Positions 29,778 through 39,343 of a stretch of DNA of 44,114 nucleotides are shown here, piece by piece. The first letter of the stretch is position 1, and each line of letters starts with the position of its first letter. This DNA is from an uncultured Deinococcales bacterium (GTDB lineage: Bacteria > Deinococcota > Deinococci > Deinococcales > JAAFIG01). The DNA is taken from positions 9,072 through 53,185 of the forward strand of contig CAXTKV010000008.1 in the NCBI GenBank assembly GCA_964244895.1, given 5' to 3'. A program made the position numbers and the translations under genes. A model generated the notes under the pieces. The model was not told the origin of the DNA. It made no database searches and saw nothing but the letters and a program-made list of their open reading frames with translations.

Positions 29778-30369
29778 GCGCCTCCTTTGCATCGTGCGCG
29801 CCGAGTGTGCGGGCTTTCTCGAGCCAGCGCGTGCGGGTTTCCAGGCTCGAGCTTCGCACGCGGTCGAAGCGCGTCACGCGCACGGGTCGCACGCCGCAGA
29901 ATGCCAGGGTCGCGCGGCGCAGGGCGTTCTCTGCGGGGGCGCGGTAGATGAGCGCGTGCCAGAAGCTGGGCGTGTCCATGGTCACGATGATCCGAGCGGT
30001 TTTGCCCACCAATAGCTTCTCGGGGAACGCCGATCCCTTGCGCGGTTTGAAGGCGAAGCCCGGCAGAAACGCGCGATCCACGAAACCTTTCAAGAGCGCG
30101 GGCATCGAACCCCACCAGCTCGGAAAGACGAACACGAGGTGATCGGCGCGCTCGATCAGTTCTTGCGCGCGGATTAAATCGGGCTCGAGTTGCGCGTCCG
30201 TGCCCGCGTAACCTCTGCGTTCGCGCTGCACCGGATCGAAGCTCAACTCGCCCAATCGCAACAGCTCCAGGCTCGCCCCGCCCAATCTCGCACCTAGCGC
30301 GTAAGCCTCGGTCAGCGCACCGCAGAGGCTGTCCGATTGCGGGTGCCCTAGAATCACGAGGGTCTTCAT
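29752..30369 (-). CDS. NAD(P)H-dependent oxidoreductase (flavodoxin-2 / quinone reductase)
   Basis: ILGHP, ADHLVFVFPSWWGSMPALLKGFVDRAFLPGFAF. Confidence 0.9.
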   Translation of the reverse strand: MKTLVILGHPQSDSLCGALTEAYALGARLGGASLELLRLGELSFDPVQRERRGYAGTDAQLEPDLIRAQELIERADHLVFVFPSWWGSMPALLKGFVDRAFLPGFAFKPRKGSAFPEKLLVGKTARIIVTMDTPSFWHALIYRAPAENALRRATLAFCGVRPVRVTRFDRVRSSSLETRTRWLEKARTLGAHDAKEAHGHPVLAQ

Positions 30370-30398
30370 AGTGGCTCCTTTCTGGTTGCTGGCAGCTT

Positions 30399-31088
30399 TT
30401 ATCGCGCGTTCTCGAGGACGGGCGATGACGCCGGGAAACGCCGCGCCAGCGATGCCTCGCTGAACGCCAGACCGTGACCCGGATGGAGCGTCGTCAGGGG
30501 CAGCCCGAGCAGACGCTGGATGCTCGAGGCCACGATGCTCAGATCGTCGGCAAAAAGATGCCGGGTCGGTCGGTTGGGCAGCACGAAATCGCCGCGCACC
30601 ACGTCCGCGATCACGGCCTGACCGTCCGGCAGGATCACGGACACCGATCCGGGCGTGTGACCGGGCGTCTGGATCACTCGGGCGTCCAGGCCGTAAGCCT
30701 CCAGGCTCGTCTGGCCGTCTAGCACGATGTCCGGTTCCACGGCTTCGAAATGATCCGAGAAGAACCGCTTCAGCAAGCGCCCGTCCAGTCCCGCCGGGCG
30801 CAAGTCCTGGTGCCCCGAGCGTGCCATCTCCAGGTCGGCCCCGTGCAGCGCGATCGGCGCGCCCGTGCGCTCGCGCAGGGCGTTGGCGCTGCCGAGGTGA
30901 TCGCCGTGCGCGTGGGTCAGCAGGATCAGCGCCAGATCGCGCGGCGCGAACCCGAATCGCGCCAGGGTCTTGATGACCAGATCCGCGTTGCCGGGGTTGC
31001 CCGTGTCCACCAGCACCGGGCGTTCCCCGATCAGCAAATACAGGTTGGAGATGGATGTTTTGATCAACTCGAGCTGGACGGGTTTCAC
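30399..31088 (-). CDS. MBL-fold metallo-hydrolase
   Basis: LVDTG, LTHAHGDHLGS, TPGHTPGS, PGHG; GTG start at 31088. Confidence 0.88.
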   Translation of the reverse strand: MKPVQLELIKTSISNLYLLIGERPVLVDTGNPGNADLVIKTLARFGFAPRDLALILLTHAHGDHLGSANALRERTGAPIALHGADLEMARSGHQDLRPAGLDGRLLKRFFSDHFEAVEPDIVLDGQTSLEAYGLDARVIQTPGHTPGSVSVILPDGQAVIADVVRGDFVLPNRPTRHLFADDLSIVASSIQRLLGLPLTTLHPGHGLAFSEASLARRFPASSPVLENAR

Positions 31089-31106
31089 AGGTTCACCCCT
31101 TATCGG

Positions 31107-31152
31107 AAGACCGTCCTGGACGCATTTTAAAATACGCGTCCAGGACGGTCTT
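31107..31152. repeat. Paired inverted copy of the dispersed repeat inside an operon
   Basis: AAGACCGTCCTGGACGC...GCGTCCAGGACGGTCTT. Confidence 0.85.
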
Positions 31153-31153
31153 T

Positions 31154-32149
31154 TCAGGCTCGAGACGCCACTTTTGCGGTTGCCCGAGCGTGCCCGGTGA
31201 TCGCCAAGAACGCCACCAGCACGATTCCGACCAGGCTCGAGAACGCGCCCAGCGTCAGTCCGTCCGGCGCGATGATGCTCTGATCGCGCAGGGCTTGCCA
31301 CGTCACCAGCCCGACCAGCCCCAGATAGCCGATCGCTCCGACCCAGACCAGCCAGACGCGATGCGATTCCGTCAGCCAGCCCTCGCGGCGGCGCATCAGC
31401 AAAAAGCCCAGCAGCGGAATCAGTTGAATCGCGTGAATGCCGATGAAATGCCCGACCCGCAGATCGCCGTGATCCGTGCTCCAGCCCAGGAACGGGATGC
31501 CGGGGCCGCCGTCGCGGATGGCGCCCACCGTGTGCGCACCAATCATGTCGAGCTTCTGACCGGATTTCAGCGCCGCCATTTGCAGGTTGTTGGGGCCGGT
31601 CATCAAGAAACCCTGCGCGAAGCCGATCAGCACGACGATCAATCCCAATCGCAGGCTCCAGGTGAAGGCCCTTGAACCCACCTTCTGGCGCATCATCAGC
31701 ACGGCGGCCACCAGCGCAAACCCCCAGAAGGTGAAGATCCCGAAGCTCATGACCGCCCACAGCGCCGTGTCCAACGGCGTGGAGATGTTGAAGTGCATGG
31801 CTCGACCGCGAATCGCCTGGGTGATCAAGAGGATCATTTCGACGCTCAGGATCGCGCCCATGCCGTTGGCCACGATCCGCGCGGCTCGGGTCTGAATCGC
31901 GCCCAGAATCCAGAGCATGGCCGCGCCGTACAAGGAAATGCTGATGGCGAACTTGGTGGTCTTGGCCCAGACGGGCTGCCCCAACACCTGCCTGGGGTCG
32001 GCGAAGACGCCTATGAGCGCCAGTACGGCGATGGCGGCGCAGGCGATGGTCAACGCGGTCAGGATGCGGCTCAGGCTCGAGCCTTTTTGAATCCATTCCA
32101 TCGGATTCAGGCGGGGTTGCCGGTTCGGGTTTGAAGTCGTCGAAGTCAT
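31154..32149 (-). CDS. Polytopic membrane protein of unknown function
   Basis: ~7 TM segments; DPRQVLGQPVWAK, QAIRGRAMHFN, GAHTVG, GWSTDHGDLRVGHFIGIHAIQ with several His. Confidence 0.8.
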   Translation of the reverse strand: MTSTTSNPNRQPRLNPMEWIQKGSSLSRILTALTIACAAIAVLALIGVFADPRQVLGQPVWAKTTKFAISISLYGAAMLWILGAIQTRAARIVANGMGAILSVEMILLITQAIRGRAMHFNISTPLDTALWAVMSFGIFTFWGFALVAAVLMMRQKVGSRAFTWSLRLGLIVVLIGFAQGFLMTGPNNLQMAALKSGQKLDMIGAHTVGAIRDGGPGIPFLGWSTDHGDLRVGHFIGIHAIQLIPLLGFLLMRRREGWLTESHRVWLVWVGAIGYLGLVGLVTWQALRDQSIIAPDGLTLGAFSSLVGIVLVAFLAITGHARATAKVASRA

Positions 32150-32337
32150 GATGGATTCCTTTGCGGTACCGTTCAATCGGCGCGAAACGGTTTCGAGGTC
32201 AGTCGCGGGCTCACTTTTTCAGGTCGTTCAGGTTTTGTTTGGCGCGCTCGAGTTCGATTCGCACCTCGGCGTCTTCGGCCTTCATGGACGCGGCTTCCTC
32301 GAGATTCGCAACCTGTCGTCCTGGACGGTCTTCGCGC

Positions 32338-33297
32338 TCAGGAGCGCGCGGGCGTCGGGGCGCCCGAGGCGATTTGCGCCCGGTTCCAGTCCAGCGTCTC
32401 ACGGACGGCGCGTTCCAACGGGGTCGGTTGCACACCGAAGGTCTTCTGGAAGTCATTTGAGTCCATCACGAAAGGCCCGGTGAACTCGTACAGCATCTCG
32501 ACGATCTCGCGCACGGACGGGTTGAACAAGCCCATCACGCTCAGGATCAACTTGCCGCCCGCCATCGCCTTGACGGGCTTGCCGAGCGCCGTCTGGATCA
32601 GGTCGAGCAGTTGGCGTTGCGTCACCGGGGCGCTGCTGGGCACGTGCCAGGCGCGCCCGTCGGCGTTTTCTCGGGTTCCCAGGATCGCCAGGGCGCGACC
32701 GAAATCGGGGGCGTAGGTGAAGCTGTGCGGCTGGTTCAGGCTGCCGACCAGGTTGACGGTCTTGCCAGCAATCGCGGGCTTGAAGATCAGGTCGGCGTAA
32801 ATCGGGTCGTCCGGCCCGAAGAAATCGGAGCCTCTGGCGGCGGTGACGCGCAATTTGCCCGCACGGTGCGCCTGGAAGGCGGCCTGCGTCATCTCGAGCC
32901 GCACCGCTCCCTTGCGGGTGTTCGGGTTCATCGGGGTGGTTTCGGTCATGGGCTGACCGTTCGGGTCGCCGTAGACGTAGAGGTTTTCGGCCAGCACCAG
33001 TTTTGCGCCGTTGTGGGCGGTCGCTTCCAGGATGGCGGCCTGCATTCTGGGAAAGTTTCCGGCCCACTGGTGGTAGGCGGGCTGGGCGCACTGGTAGACG
33101 CTGACCGCGCCGCGCGTCAGTTCGATGTTGGCCTGGGTGTCGTAGGCGTCAGCCTTGACGATTTCGACGCCGGAGGGCAGGTCGCTGGCTGCGCCGCTGC
33201 GGTTGATCAATTTGACGCGGTGGCCCATGTTTGTCAGTTCCCTGGCCGTCCACTTGCCGAGCGGGCCGGTGCCGAAGATCACGTGCAGGTCGTTCAC
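32338..33297 (-). CDS. NAD-dependent epimerase/dehydratase (atypical SDR)
   Basis: VIFGTGPLG, ENLYVYG, RGSDFFGP, HSFTYAPD; GTG after AGGAGG. Confidence 0.9.
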   Translation of the reverse strand: MNDLHVIFGTGPLGKWTARELTNMGHRVKLINRSGAASDLPSGVEIVKADAYDTQANIELTRGAVSVYQCAQPAYHQWAGNFPRMQAAILEATAHNGAKLVLAENLYVYGDPNGQPMTETTPMNPNTRKGAVRLEMTQAAFQAHRAGKLRVTAARGSDFFGPDDPIYADLIFKPAIAGKTVNLVGSLNQPHSFTYAPDFGRALAILGTRENADGRAWHVPSSAPVTQRQLLDLIQTALGKPVKAMAGGKLILSVMGLFNPSVREIVEMLYEFTGPFVMDSNDFQKTFGVQPTPLERAVRETLDWNRAQIASGAPTPARS

Positions 33298-33326
33298 GGT
33301 GGTTCCTCCTGGGGGTGTGCCGGTCA

Positions 33327-33364
33327 ATCTTTACAGTGTCTAGTATCTTGCTGGTGTCAAGATA
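33327..33364. promoter_or_regulatory. Putative TetR operator pair in the divergent promoter
   Basis: TATCTTG-CTGGTGT-CAAGATA palindrome (33344-33364) and adjacent degenerate ATCTTTACAGTGTCTAG. Confidence 0.65.
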
Positions 33365-33380
33365 CGCTATGATCTTTCTC

Positions 33381-34094
33381 GTGTCAAGTTCACCCGCCGT
33401 CTCGAGCCGCAACCCCAAGCCGGAGAACTACCACCACGGCAACCTCCGCCGGGCACTGATCGAAGCCGCCCAGGCCCTGGCCGTCGAGGTCGGCGTGGAC
33501 GCCTTCACGCTGCGCGAGGTCGCCCGCCGCGCCGGGGTCAGCCACGCCGCGCCCTACCACCATTTTTCGGACAAATCCGCGCTGGTGCGCGCGCTGGCCA
33601 TCGAAGCCTTCCAGGCGCTGACCGCTGAACTGTTTCAAGCCTCTCAGTCCAGCACCGACCCCCTGGAGAGCTTCCAGGCGGTCGGCGTGGCCTACGTGCG
33701 CTTCGCGTTCTCGCACGCCAGCGAATTCAAATTCATGTTCCGCAAGGACCTGTGCCTGCCCGACGACACCCAACCCGACGATCTCGAGGTCGTCAGCCTG
33801 AAGTCCTACCAGGTGCTCGTGGACGGCATCGAAGCCTGCCAGCGCGCCGGACAGATCCCGCCCGAGGACACGCAACTGCTCGCCCTGACCGCCTGGAGCA
33901 CCGTTCACGGGCTGGTTTCCTTGCTGCTGGACGCCCCGGTCAACGTGGCCGACACGCTCGATCAGGCCGAACACGTGGCGAAAGCTGTGACACGCATCCT
34001 GTCACACGGACTGATGACCCGAACACCTGAACCAGTCATGCTCGAGGCCGCGCCCAAAGGCCGTTCGTCCCGTCCTCGAGCCGCCCGGAAATAA
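33381..34094 (+). CDS. TetR/AcrR family transcriptional regulator
   Basis: YHHGNLRRALI, TLREVARRAGVSHAAPYHHF, AWSTVHG; GTG 7 nt after TATGAT. Confidence 0.93.
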   Translation: MSSSPAVSSRNPKPENYHHGNLRRALIEAAQALAVEVGVDAFTLREVARRAGVSHAAPYHHFSDKSALVRALAIEAFQALTAELFQASQSSTDPLESFQAVGVAYVRFAFSHASEFKFMFRKDLCLPDDTQPDDLEVVSLKSYQVLVDGIEACQRAGQIPPEDTQLLALTAWSTVHGLVSLLLDAPVNVADTLDQAEHVAKAVTRILSHGLMTRTPEPVMLEAAPKGRSSRPRAARK

Positions 34095-34105
34095 GTTTGA
34101 TCACC

Positions 34106-34155
34106 AGAACACCGTCCAGCACGCGAGTTTGGATATGCGTGCTGGACGGTGTTCT
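34106..34155. repeat. Paired inverted copy of the dispersed repeat
   Basis: AGAACACCGTCCAGCACGC-N12-GCGTGCTGGACGGTGTTCT. Confidence 0.9.
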
Positions 34156-34241
34156 CGAGATGGAGCCTGCCGCCCAGGGCGACTCTAGGCCTGCTGAGCG
34201 AGTAGACCCCGTGCGAAAACGGTCGGTAACGTCTCGAGGGA

Positions 34242-34307
34242 AGAGGTAGGTCATAGACCTGCCTCTACACGATCCTGTCCTGTAGGGGCAACCTCGATGG
34301 TCGCCCT
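34242..34307. repeat. Inverted pair of GTAG-type REP sequences
   Basis: Minus: GTAGAGGCAGGTC-TAT-GACCTACCTCT (34242-34268); plus: GTAGGGGCAACCTCGATGGTCGCCCT (34282-34307). Confidence 0.65.
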
Positions 34308-34386
34308 CGCGTCAACGCGTTCTCGAGACTGACTTCCTAGAAAGTCTATTCAAAGCGCACTCGGGCGGTATCCGCCTGATCTCGAA

Positions 34387-35487
34387 TCAACCCGCTTCTG
34401 TATCGTTGTACACGCGCTCGACCCGAGGGGCGATGCCCGTCAGGGTCTCGTAGGCGTTGGTTCCCGCCCAGCCCGCGACCGTCTCTGCGGTGATCCGACC
34501 GGGGCCAAAAACCGTCACGGCATCACCGACCTGCACCGCCAAACCCGTCACGTCCAGCACGGTCTGATCCATGCTGACCCGACCCACGACCGGAACCAGG
34601 ATGTCAGCCACGATCATGCTGGCGCGGTTCGAGAGCGCGCGTCGGTAGCCATCCGCGTACCCGATCCGCACCGTGGCCAGCGTGGAATTCTGCGCTGCCG
34701 TCCAGGTCGCGCCGTAACCCACGGCATCACCGGCGCGCACCGTCTTGACGAAAATCGCGTGCGACACCAGCGTCATCGCGGGCTCGAGCGCCACGATGCC
34801 CGCCATCTGCGGCCCCGGCGCGTAGCCGTACAGGCCGATGCCCGGTCGAACCAGATCGAACTGCGCGCCCAACGCGCGGTTCAGCACGCCGCCCGTGTTG
34901 GCCGCGTGGCGGTACTTCACGTCCGGGTCGTGGGTACGCAAGAAATCCTGGAAGCGCCCGATCTGATCCGCCGCGTGCGCTGGATCGGCATCCTCCGAAT
35001 CCACCAGGTGCGTCATCACGCCGTACAGCTCCAGATGTGATGCCCTGGACGCCTCGAGCATCACGCGCGCGGCATCGTCAGGCCTCGCCCCCAGACGGTT
35101 CAATCCCGTATTGATTTTCAGGTGGACGCGAATTCGCGCGTTCTGCGCGCTGGCCTCAGCCTGCAAGGATGCGATTTCCTGGCTGGAACTGACCACGAAG
35201 CTCGCGCCCGCCGACACGAGCTTCCCGAGATCCTCGCTCGAGGGTGGCGTCAGCAGCACGACATCCTTGGATACGCCCGCCGCGCGCAACTCGAGCAGCT
35301 CGGATGCGGTCGCCACCGCGAAACCCACGACGTGATCGTCTAACTCGAGCGCCGAGGCCACGCGCGCTGCGCCGTGCCCGTAGGCGTTCGCCTTGACGGG
35401 TGCGAGCACCGGAACGCCCGCGAAGCCGGACAGCGCGCGAGCGTTCCGACGGATGGCCCCGAGATCAATGACGGCGTGCGCGTCCAT
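34387..35487 (-). CDS. alr: Alanine racemase
   Basis: PVKANAYGHG PLP-lysine motif, HLKINTGLNRLG, VRPGIGLYG, IGYADG, GRVSMDQ. Confidence 0.95.
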   Translation of the reverse strand: MDAHAVIDLGAIRRNARALSGFAGVPVLAPVKANAYGHGAARVASALELDDHVVGFAVATASELLELRAAGVSKDVVLLTPPSSEDLGKLVSAGASFVVSSSQEIASLQAEASAQNARIRVHLKINTGLNRLGARPDDAARVMLEASRASHLELYGVMTHLVDSEDADPAHAADQIGRFQDFLRTHDPDVKYRHAANTGGVLNRALGAQFDLVRPGIGLYGYAPGPQMAGIVALEPAMTLVSHAIFVKTVRAGDAVGYGATWTAAQNSTLATVRIGYADGYRRALSNRASMIVADILVPVVGRVSMDQTVLDVTGLAVQVGDAVTVFGPGRITAETVAGWAGTNAYETLTGIAPRVERVYNDTEAG

Positions 35488-35533
35488 TGGGTTCAGACTA
35501 TCGGAATAGGTGCCGGTCGGCGTGGCGCGGCGC

Positions 35534-35845
35534 TCACTTCACGAAATCGGCGGTCGTCCAGTATTCCTTGGGTTTGGACGGGTACTTGATCTTGACCAGA
35601 TCGAGCATGAAATTCTCGCCCGTGACCTGCACGGTATCGCCCTTCTTGATGTTGATGCACTGGCCGCTGGGCAGGTTCTTGCCCAACTCCGCTTTCTGCG
35701 CGGCAGCGTTGGCTTTCAGATCGACGATGGTCTGCAGCGTGCCCTTGGACTGGCACGCGAAACCGTCCTTGACGACTTTGCGGGTCTCTGCGGCCACGCC
35801 GACGCTGAGAAGACCGACCAGCAGGATTGCCACCATTTTGTTCAT
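35534..35845 (-). CDS. Small exported hypothetical protein
   Basis: 103 aa; signal peptide MNKMVAILLVGLLSVGVAA; two Cys; GAGG RBS. Confidence 0.75.
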   Translation of the reverse strand: MNKMVAILLVGLLSVGVAAETRKVVKDGFACQSKGTLQTIVDLKANAAAQKAELGKNLPSGQCINIKKGDTVQVTGENFMLDLVKIKYPSKPKEYWTTADFVK

Positions 35846-35993
35846 GTGAAAACCTCAGTCTTTGAAATTGAAGATGATCCCGCGATGGGGTCGCTGCCGG
35901 GTTGTCTTGACCAGCGAATTATACCCGTGACCGATGGACGACACGGCACAAAGCGTGCCCTCGAGACGCGTGCCGGAGCGCCAGGATGAAAGC

Positions 35994-36039
35994 AACACCG
36001 TCCAGCACGCATCCCGAGTGGCACGTGCTGGACGGTGTT
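35994..36039. repeat. Paired inverted copy of the dispersed repeat
   Basis: AACACCGTCCAGCACG-N14-CGTGCTGGACGGTGTT. Confidence 0.88.
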
Positions 36040-36056
36040 CTAGAGGCTGCCTTCGT

Positions 36057-36878
36057 TCAGGACGCCGCTTTCGACAAGCCCATCGCCTCGAGCAGAACGC
36101 CTTCCATCACCTCGAGCGGCGGCGCGCGCCCGGTGTACATCTCGAATTGCGCGGCGGCCTGGTGCAAACGCATCCGGTAACCGGGAATGACCGTGCAACC
36201 CGCCGATTGCGCCGCGACCTGAAGCGGCGTCGGCAGGGGTTCCGCGACCACGTCCATCACAGTCTTTCCAGGTTGCAAAATATGTTCTGGAATGATGCAC
36301 ACGCCCGGTTGAGATGTGTACCCGGCGGCGGTCGCGTGCACCAGGATGTCGTACTCCGCCGAGAGAGCGCTCAGGTCGCCGCCGAAACCCACACCCAACG
36401 ATTCCGCCAGTTCCCGCGCCCGTTCCGGCGTTCGGTTGAAGATCGTGACGCTCGCGCCGCGTTTCTTCAAACCGAACGCGACCGCCCTGGCCGCACCGCC
36501 TGCGCCGACCACGAACGCGCGGTTGCCATCGATAGTCACGCCTTTTTCCTCGATGGCCAGCATCGCCCCCAACCAGTCCACGTTGTAACCCGTCAGCGCG
36601 CCGTCATCGTTGACGACCGTGTTGACCGCCCCGATTTCCGCCGCCACCGGATCGATCCGATCCAGGAACGCCATGATGCTGACCTTGTGCGGCATGGTCA
36701 CGCCGAAGCCCCGGATGCCCAACGCGCGCATGGCCGCCACCGCCGCGCCGCTGTCAACGACACCGAACGCCACGTACGCGTACGGCAAACCCAGGTGCTC
36801 GTACATCGCGTTGTGGATCGCCTGACCGACCTGACTGGGATGCAGAGCGATTGAACCGCACAGGATCGGATGGCTCAC
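36057..36878 (-). CDS. aroE: Shikimate dehydrogenase family protein
   Basis: VTMPHK, IGAVNTV, GYNVD, GAGGAARA, FNRT, LHQAAAQFE; N-terminus deviates from the usual SxSP. Confidence 0.78.
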   Translation of the reverse strand: MSHPILCGSIALHPSQVGQAIHNAMYEHLGLPYAYVAFGVVDSGAAVAAMRALGIRGFGVTMPHKVSIMAFLDRIDPVAAEIGAVNTVVNDDGALTGYNVDWLGAMLAIEEKGVTIDGNRAFVVGAGGAARAVAFGLKKRGASVTIFNRTPERARELAESLGVGFGGDLSALSAEYDILVHATAAGYTSQPGVCIIPEHILQPGKTVMDVVAEPLPTPLQVAAQSAGCTVIPGYRMRLHQAAAQFEMYTGRAPPLEVMEGVLLEAMGLSKAAS

Positions 36879-36911
36879 GCCTCACCTCGAGAAACACAGC
36901 ATATGCGCTCT

Positions 36912-37469
36912 TCAGGTCAGCATCGAGGCGATGGCCTCGAGCAACCTTGAATCGTCCACGCGCTGAAGGTTGGTCGTGTCGAACTCGAAGACCGCTCCAT
37001 CAATCTTTAACGGCGGGCGTTCCTGACGCGCCAGCAGCTCCATCTCCGGCAGCATGACATCGTCCGCGTGCCCCGGATGCCGCGCCCCGCGCGCCCAACG
37101 CGCCCGGAAACGCTCGAGCAGCACATCGGCATCCGTGACGCAATGCACCTGAACGGCCCGAAAGCCGCGCTCGCGTTTCAGCGCGGTGAAGACTCGGCTG
37201 TGAACCTCGGGATCAAAATTCCCCTCGACCACGCACGAGCGACCCGCCTCGAGTTGCGCGTCCAGGACGTGAAACAAGATGCTGTAACTGGCGGCGCTCA
37301 GTTTCTTCGACCACGCCCGATCCGTCCAGCCCAACGCGTCGAACAGGCGTTCCTTGAAGCCGTCCTTGGAGATGAACGGCAACGAAAACCTGGCCGCGAT
37401 GCGCTCGCCCAGCCGGGTTTTGCCGCTGCACGGCAGCCCGGAAACGATCACGACGAGCGGTTCGGTCAT
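36912..37469 (-). CDS. P-loop kinase / AAA_33-like protein
   Basis: VSGLPCSGKT Walker A, SKDGFKE, VVEGNF, RHPGH. Confidence 0.8.
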   Translation of the reverse strand: MTEPLVVIVSGLPCSGKTRLGERIAARFSLPFISKDGFKERLFDALGWTDRAWSKKLSAASYSILFHVLDAQLEAGRSCVVEGNFDPEVHSRVFTALKRERGFRAVQVHCVTDADVLLERFRARWARGARHPGHADDVMLPEMELLARQERPPLKIDGAVFEFDTTNLQRVDDSRLLEAIASMLT

Positions 37470-37562
37470 GGCCTCAATGATGGCACGCGGAGGCCTTTCA
37501 AATGGCGTCTTCTCGAGCGCGAGTTGGATTTCTCGTAAGCGATTTCGATACGTGTCGAGGGG

Positions 37563-37588
37563 AGGGTAACCACGAGGGTTGCCCCTAC
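37563..37588 (-). repeat. GTAG-type REP
   Basis: Minus strand GTAGGGGCAACCCTCGTGGTTACCCT, similar to 34282-34307. Confidence 0.65.
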
Positions 37589-37717
37589 AAAACCTTTTTT
37601 GCACGGCATGATCGCCTTCTCGAGACACCGCACATCAGCACGGCGTCTCAAGGAACGCTCTCGAAGATCGCGCTGATGCACGCGGGAGTCCTCGTCTCGA
37701 GCATCGGCGGATTTCGG

Positions 37718-37775
37718 GAACACCGTCCAGCACGCGTTTCTCGAGCATCAAGAATTCTCGGCCTGGACGGTGTTC
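37718..37775. repeat. Paired inverted copy of the dispersed repeat
   Basis: GAACACCGTCCAGCACGCG...CCTGGACGGTGTTC. Confidence 0.85.
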
Positions 37776-37792
37776 TCGTGATCCTTACGTGG

Positions 37793-38191
37793 TCAAACCT
37801 GTTCGGGAAGCGCGTACTCGAAGCTGTACGAATGCTGGCCATCCACGTTCTGAATATCCATCGAACCGGACAGCCCGATCAGTTCCCCGGTGCCAGAATC
37901 CGGAACCACGGTGATCGTCAGCGATGGCGCGCCGCGCGCCATCACTCCCGTGTGCATCAACACGAACGATCCCTGGCGACCTTGCAGCGCTCCAGTCACT
38001 TCCTCTATGGCTACGTACCCGGCGGAACCCTGCACGCTCGAGATGGCGCTCAGCATCTGACCCTTGCTGGTCGCGGTCAGATCGCCGTGGAATTGCTTGT
38101 CGATCAGCAACCTGCCGATGGCTGCGCTGGCGTTCTGGTCGGGTTCCTGCGGGCTCAGTTTGACTTCAAAGGGGCCGGCGATTCGGTTCAC
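37793..38191 (-). CDS. DUF3224 family protein
   Basis: KQFHGDL, SAGYVAIE, GRQGSFVLMHTG, VVPDSGTGELIGLSG. Confidence 0.88.
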   Translation of the reverse strand: MNRIAGPFEVKLSPQEPDQNASAAIGRLLIDKQFHGDLTATSKGQMLSAISSVQGSAGYVAIEEVTGALQGRQGSFVLMHTGVMARGAPSLTITVVPDSGTGELIGLSGSMDIQNVDGQHSYSFEYALPEQV

Positions 38192-39123
38192 GGTTTCCTC
38201 CTGATCGCGTCGGGTCGCAACAGGGCGTGAACGCCGTTGACGCCGTTGGCGATCTGTGTGACGCGCAAATCCACCGCCGCGCTGACCAGCGCGAAGGCTT
38301 CCTCACGGGGAATATCGTAGCGGGTCGCGAGCAGTCCGACCATGCCCTCGAGCGCCTGCGCGGTGGCCTCCCAGAGATCCTCGTGAAGGCCAAAGGTGAT
38401 CTCGCCCGCCGGGGTGGTCGCGTAGGGGTTCGAGAGCTCGAGGTCATCGCGCACGGTAAACGTCAACCGGGCGCGCATCGGGCATTCGATGGCGGTTCCG
38501 CTCGATTCGCCGTCGCCCTGCGCGGCGTGCCCATCACCGGTTGAAAAAAGTGCGCCCGCAACCTGCACGGGCAGGTACAACGCGCTGCCGACCACCAACT
38601 CGCGGCAGTCAATGTTGCCGCCCACGACCCTGGGCGGGCTGGTCGGGTGTCGTCCCGCCTCCGCGGGTGCGACCCCCATCACGCCCAGGAACGGCGCGAG
38701 CGGCACGCTGAAGCCGGAGGGCAGGCTGGCGGTTCCGGTCATCGGGTCGATGTCCCAGACGTAAAAGCCCTTGCGTTCCGTCAGACCCAGCCGTTCGTTG
38801 ATCGGGCTGGGCCAGCCGCCCGCCGCCGTCCAGCCCCACGCGCCCGGCGTGAGCGCGTCCACGCGCACGCAGAGCGCCATGCCGGGTTCCGCGCCGCGCA
38901 CCAGAATTGGCCCGCAGAGCGCGTGTCCGGCGTCCAGTGACACATCTCTGGGTTCAAACTTCTGCCCGGAGCCGTCCGGGTCGGGCCGCGCCGCGTACCA
39001 GCGCGCATCCAGCAGGTCGAACTCCACGCTGTCACCGGGATCGATCTCGAGCACCGGTTGCAGGTCGCGCGAGAAGTGGCCGTGAAGTGTCTGCCGGTTC
39101 GACTCGAGTTTGTGCGTGGTCAC
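38188..39123 (-). CDS. Acetamidase/formamidase family protein
   Basis: GHALCGPI, PFLGVMG, GGNIDC, GDGHAAQGDGE, AIEC. Confidence 0.9.
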   Translation of the reverse strand: MTTHKLESNRQTLHGHFSRDLQPVLEIDPGDSVEFDLLDARWYAARPDPDGSGQKFEPRDVSLDAGHALCGPILVRGAEPGMALCVRVDALTPGAWGWTAAGGWPSPINERLGLTERKGFYVWDIDPMTGTASLPSGFSVPLAPFLGVMGVAPAEAGRHPTSPPRVVGGNIDCRELVVGSALYLPVQVAGALFSTGDGHAAQGDGESSGTAIECPMRARLTFTVRDDLELSNPYATTPAGEITFGLHEDLWEATAQALEGMVGLLATRYDIPREEAFALVSAAVDLRVTQIANGVNGVHALLRPDAIRRKP

Positions 39124-39343
39124 GGTCAACCTCAGCTTTCGTGTGGGTCTCGAGCGCGAACCGTACCGTTCTCGAGCGCGCAAATCGAAGGTTTCCGGGT
39201 CGTCGGCGGAGGCAATCAGGCTCAAAATAAAAAGATGAAAAGACCGTCCAGGACGAAATAAAATAAGATTCAGGTATCAATTTTGCGTCTGCGACGATCT
39301 AAACCGTTCCTCGAGAATACTGTTTTCGCTCAATCTGGCTCGA

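Noticed and set aside
30399..32096. 565-aa fusion ORF in the ORF track
   Set aside because: The N-terminal part is an off-frame shadow of the 31154-32149 membrane gene and crosses an intergenic repeat; the real MBL gene starts at 31088
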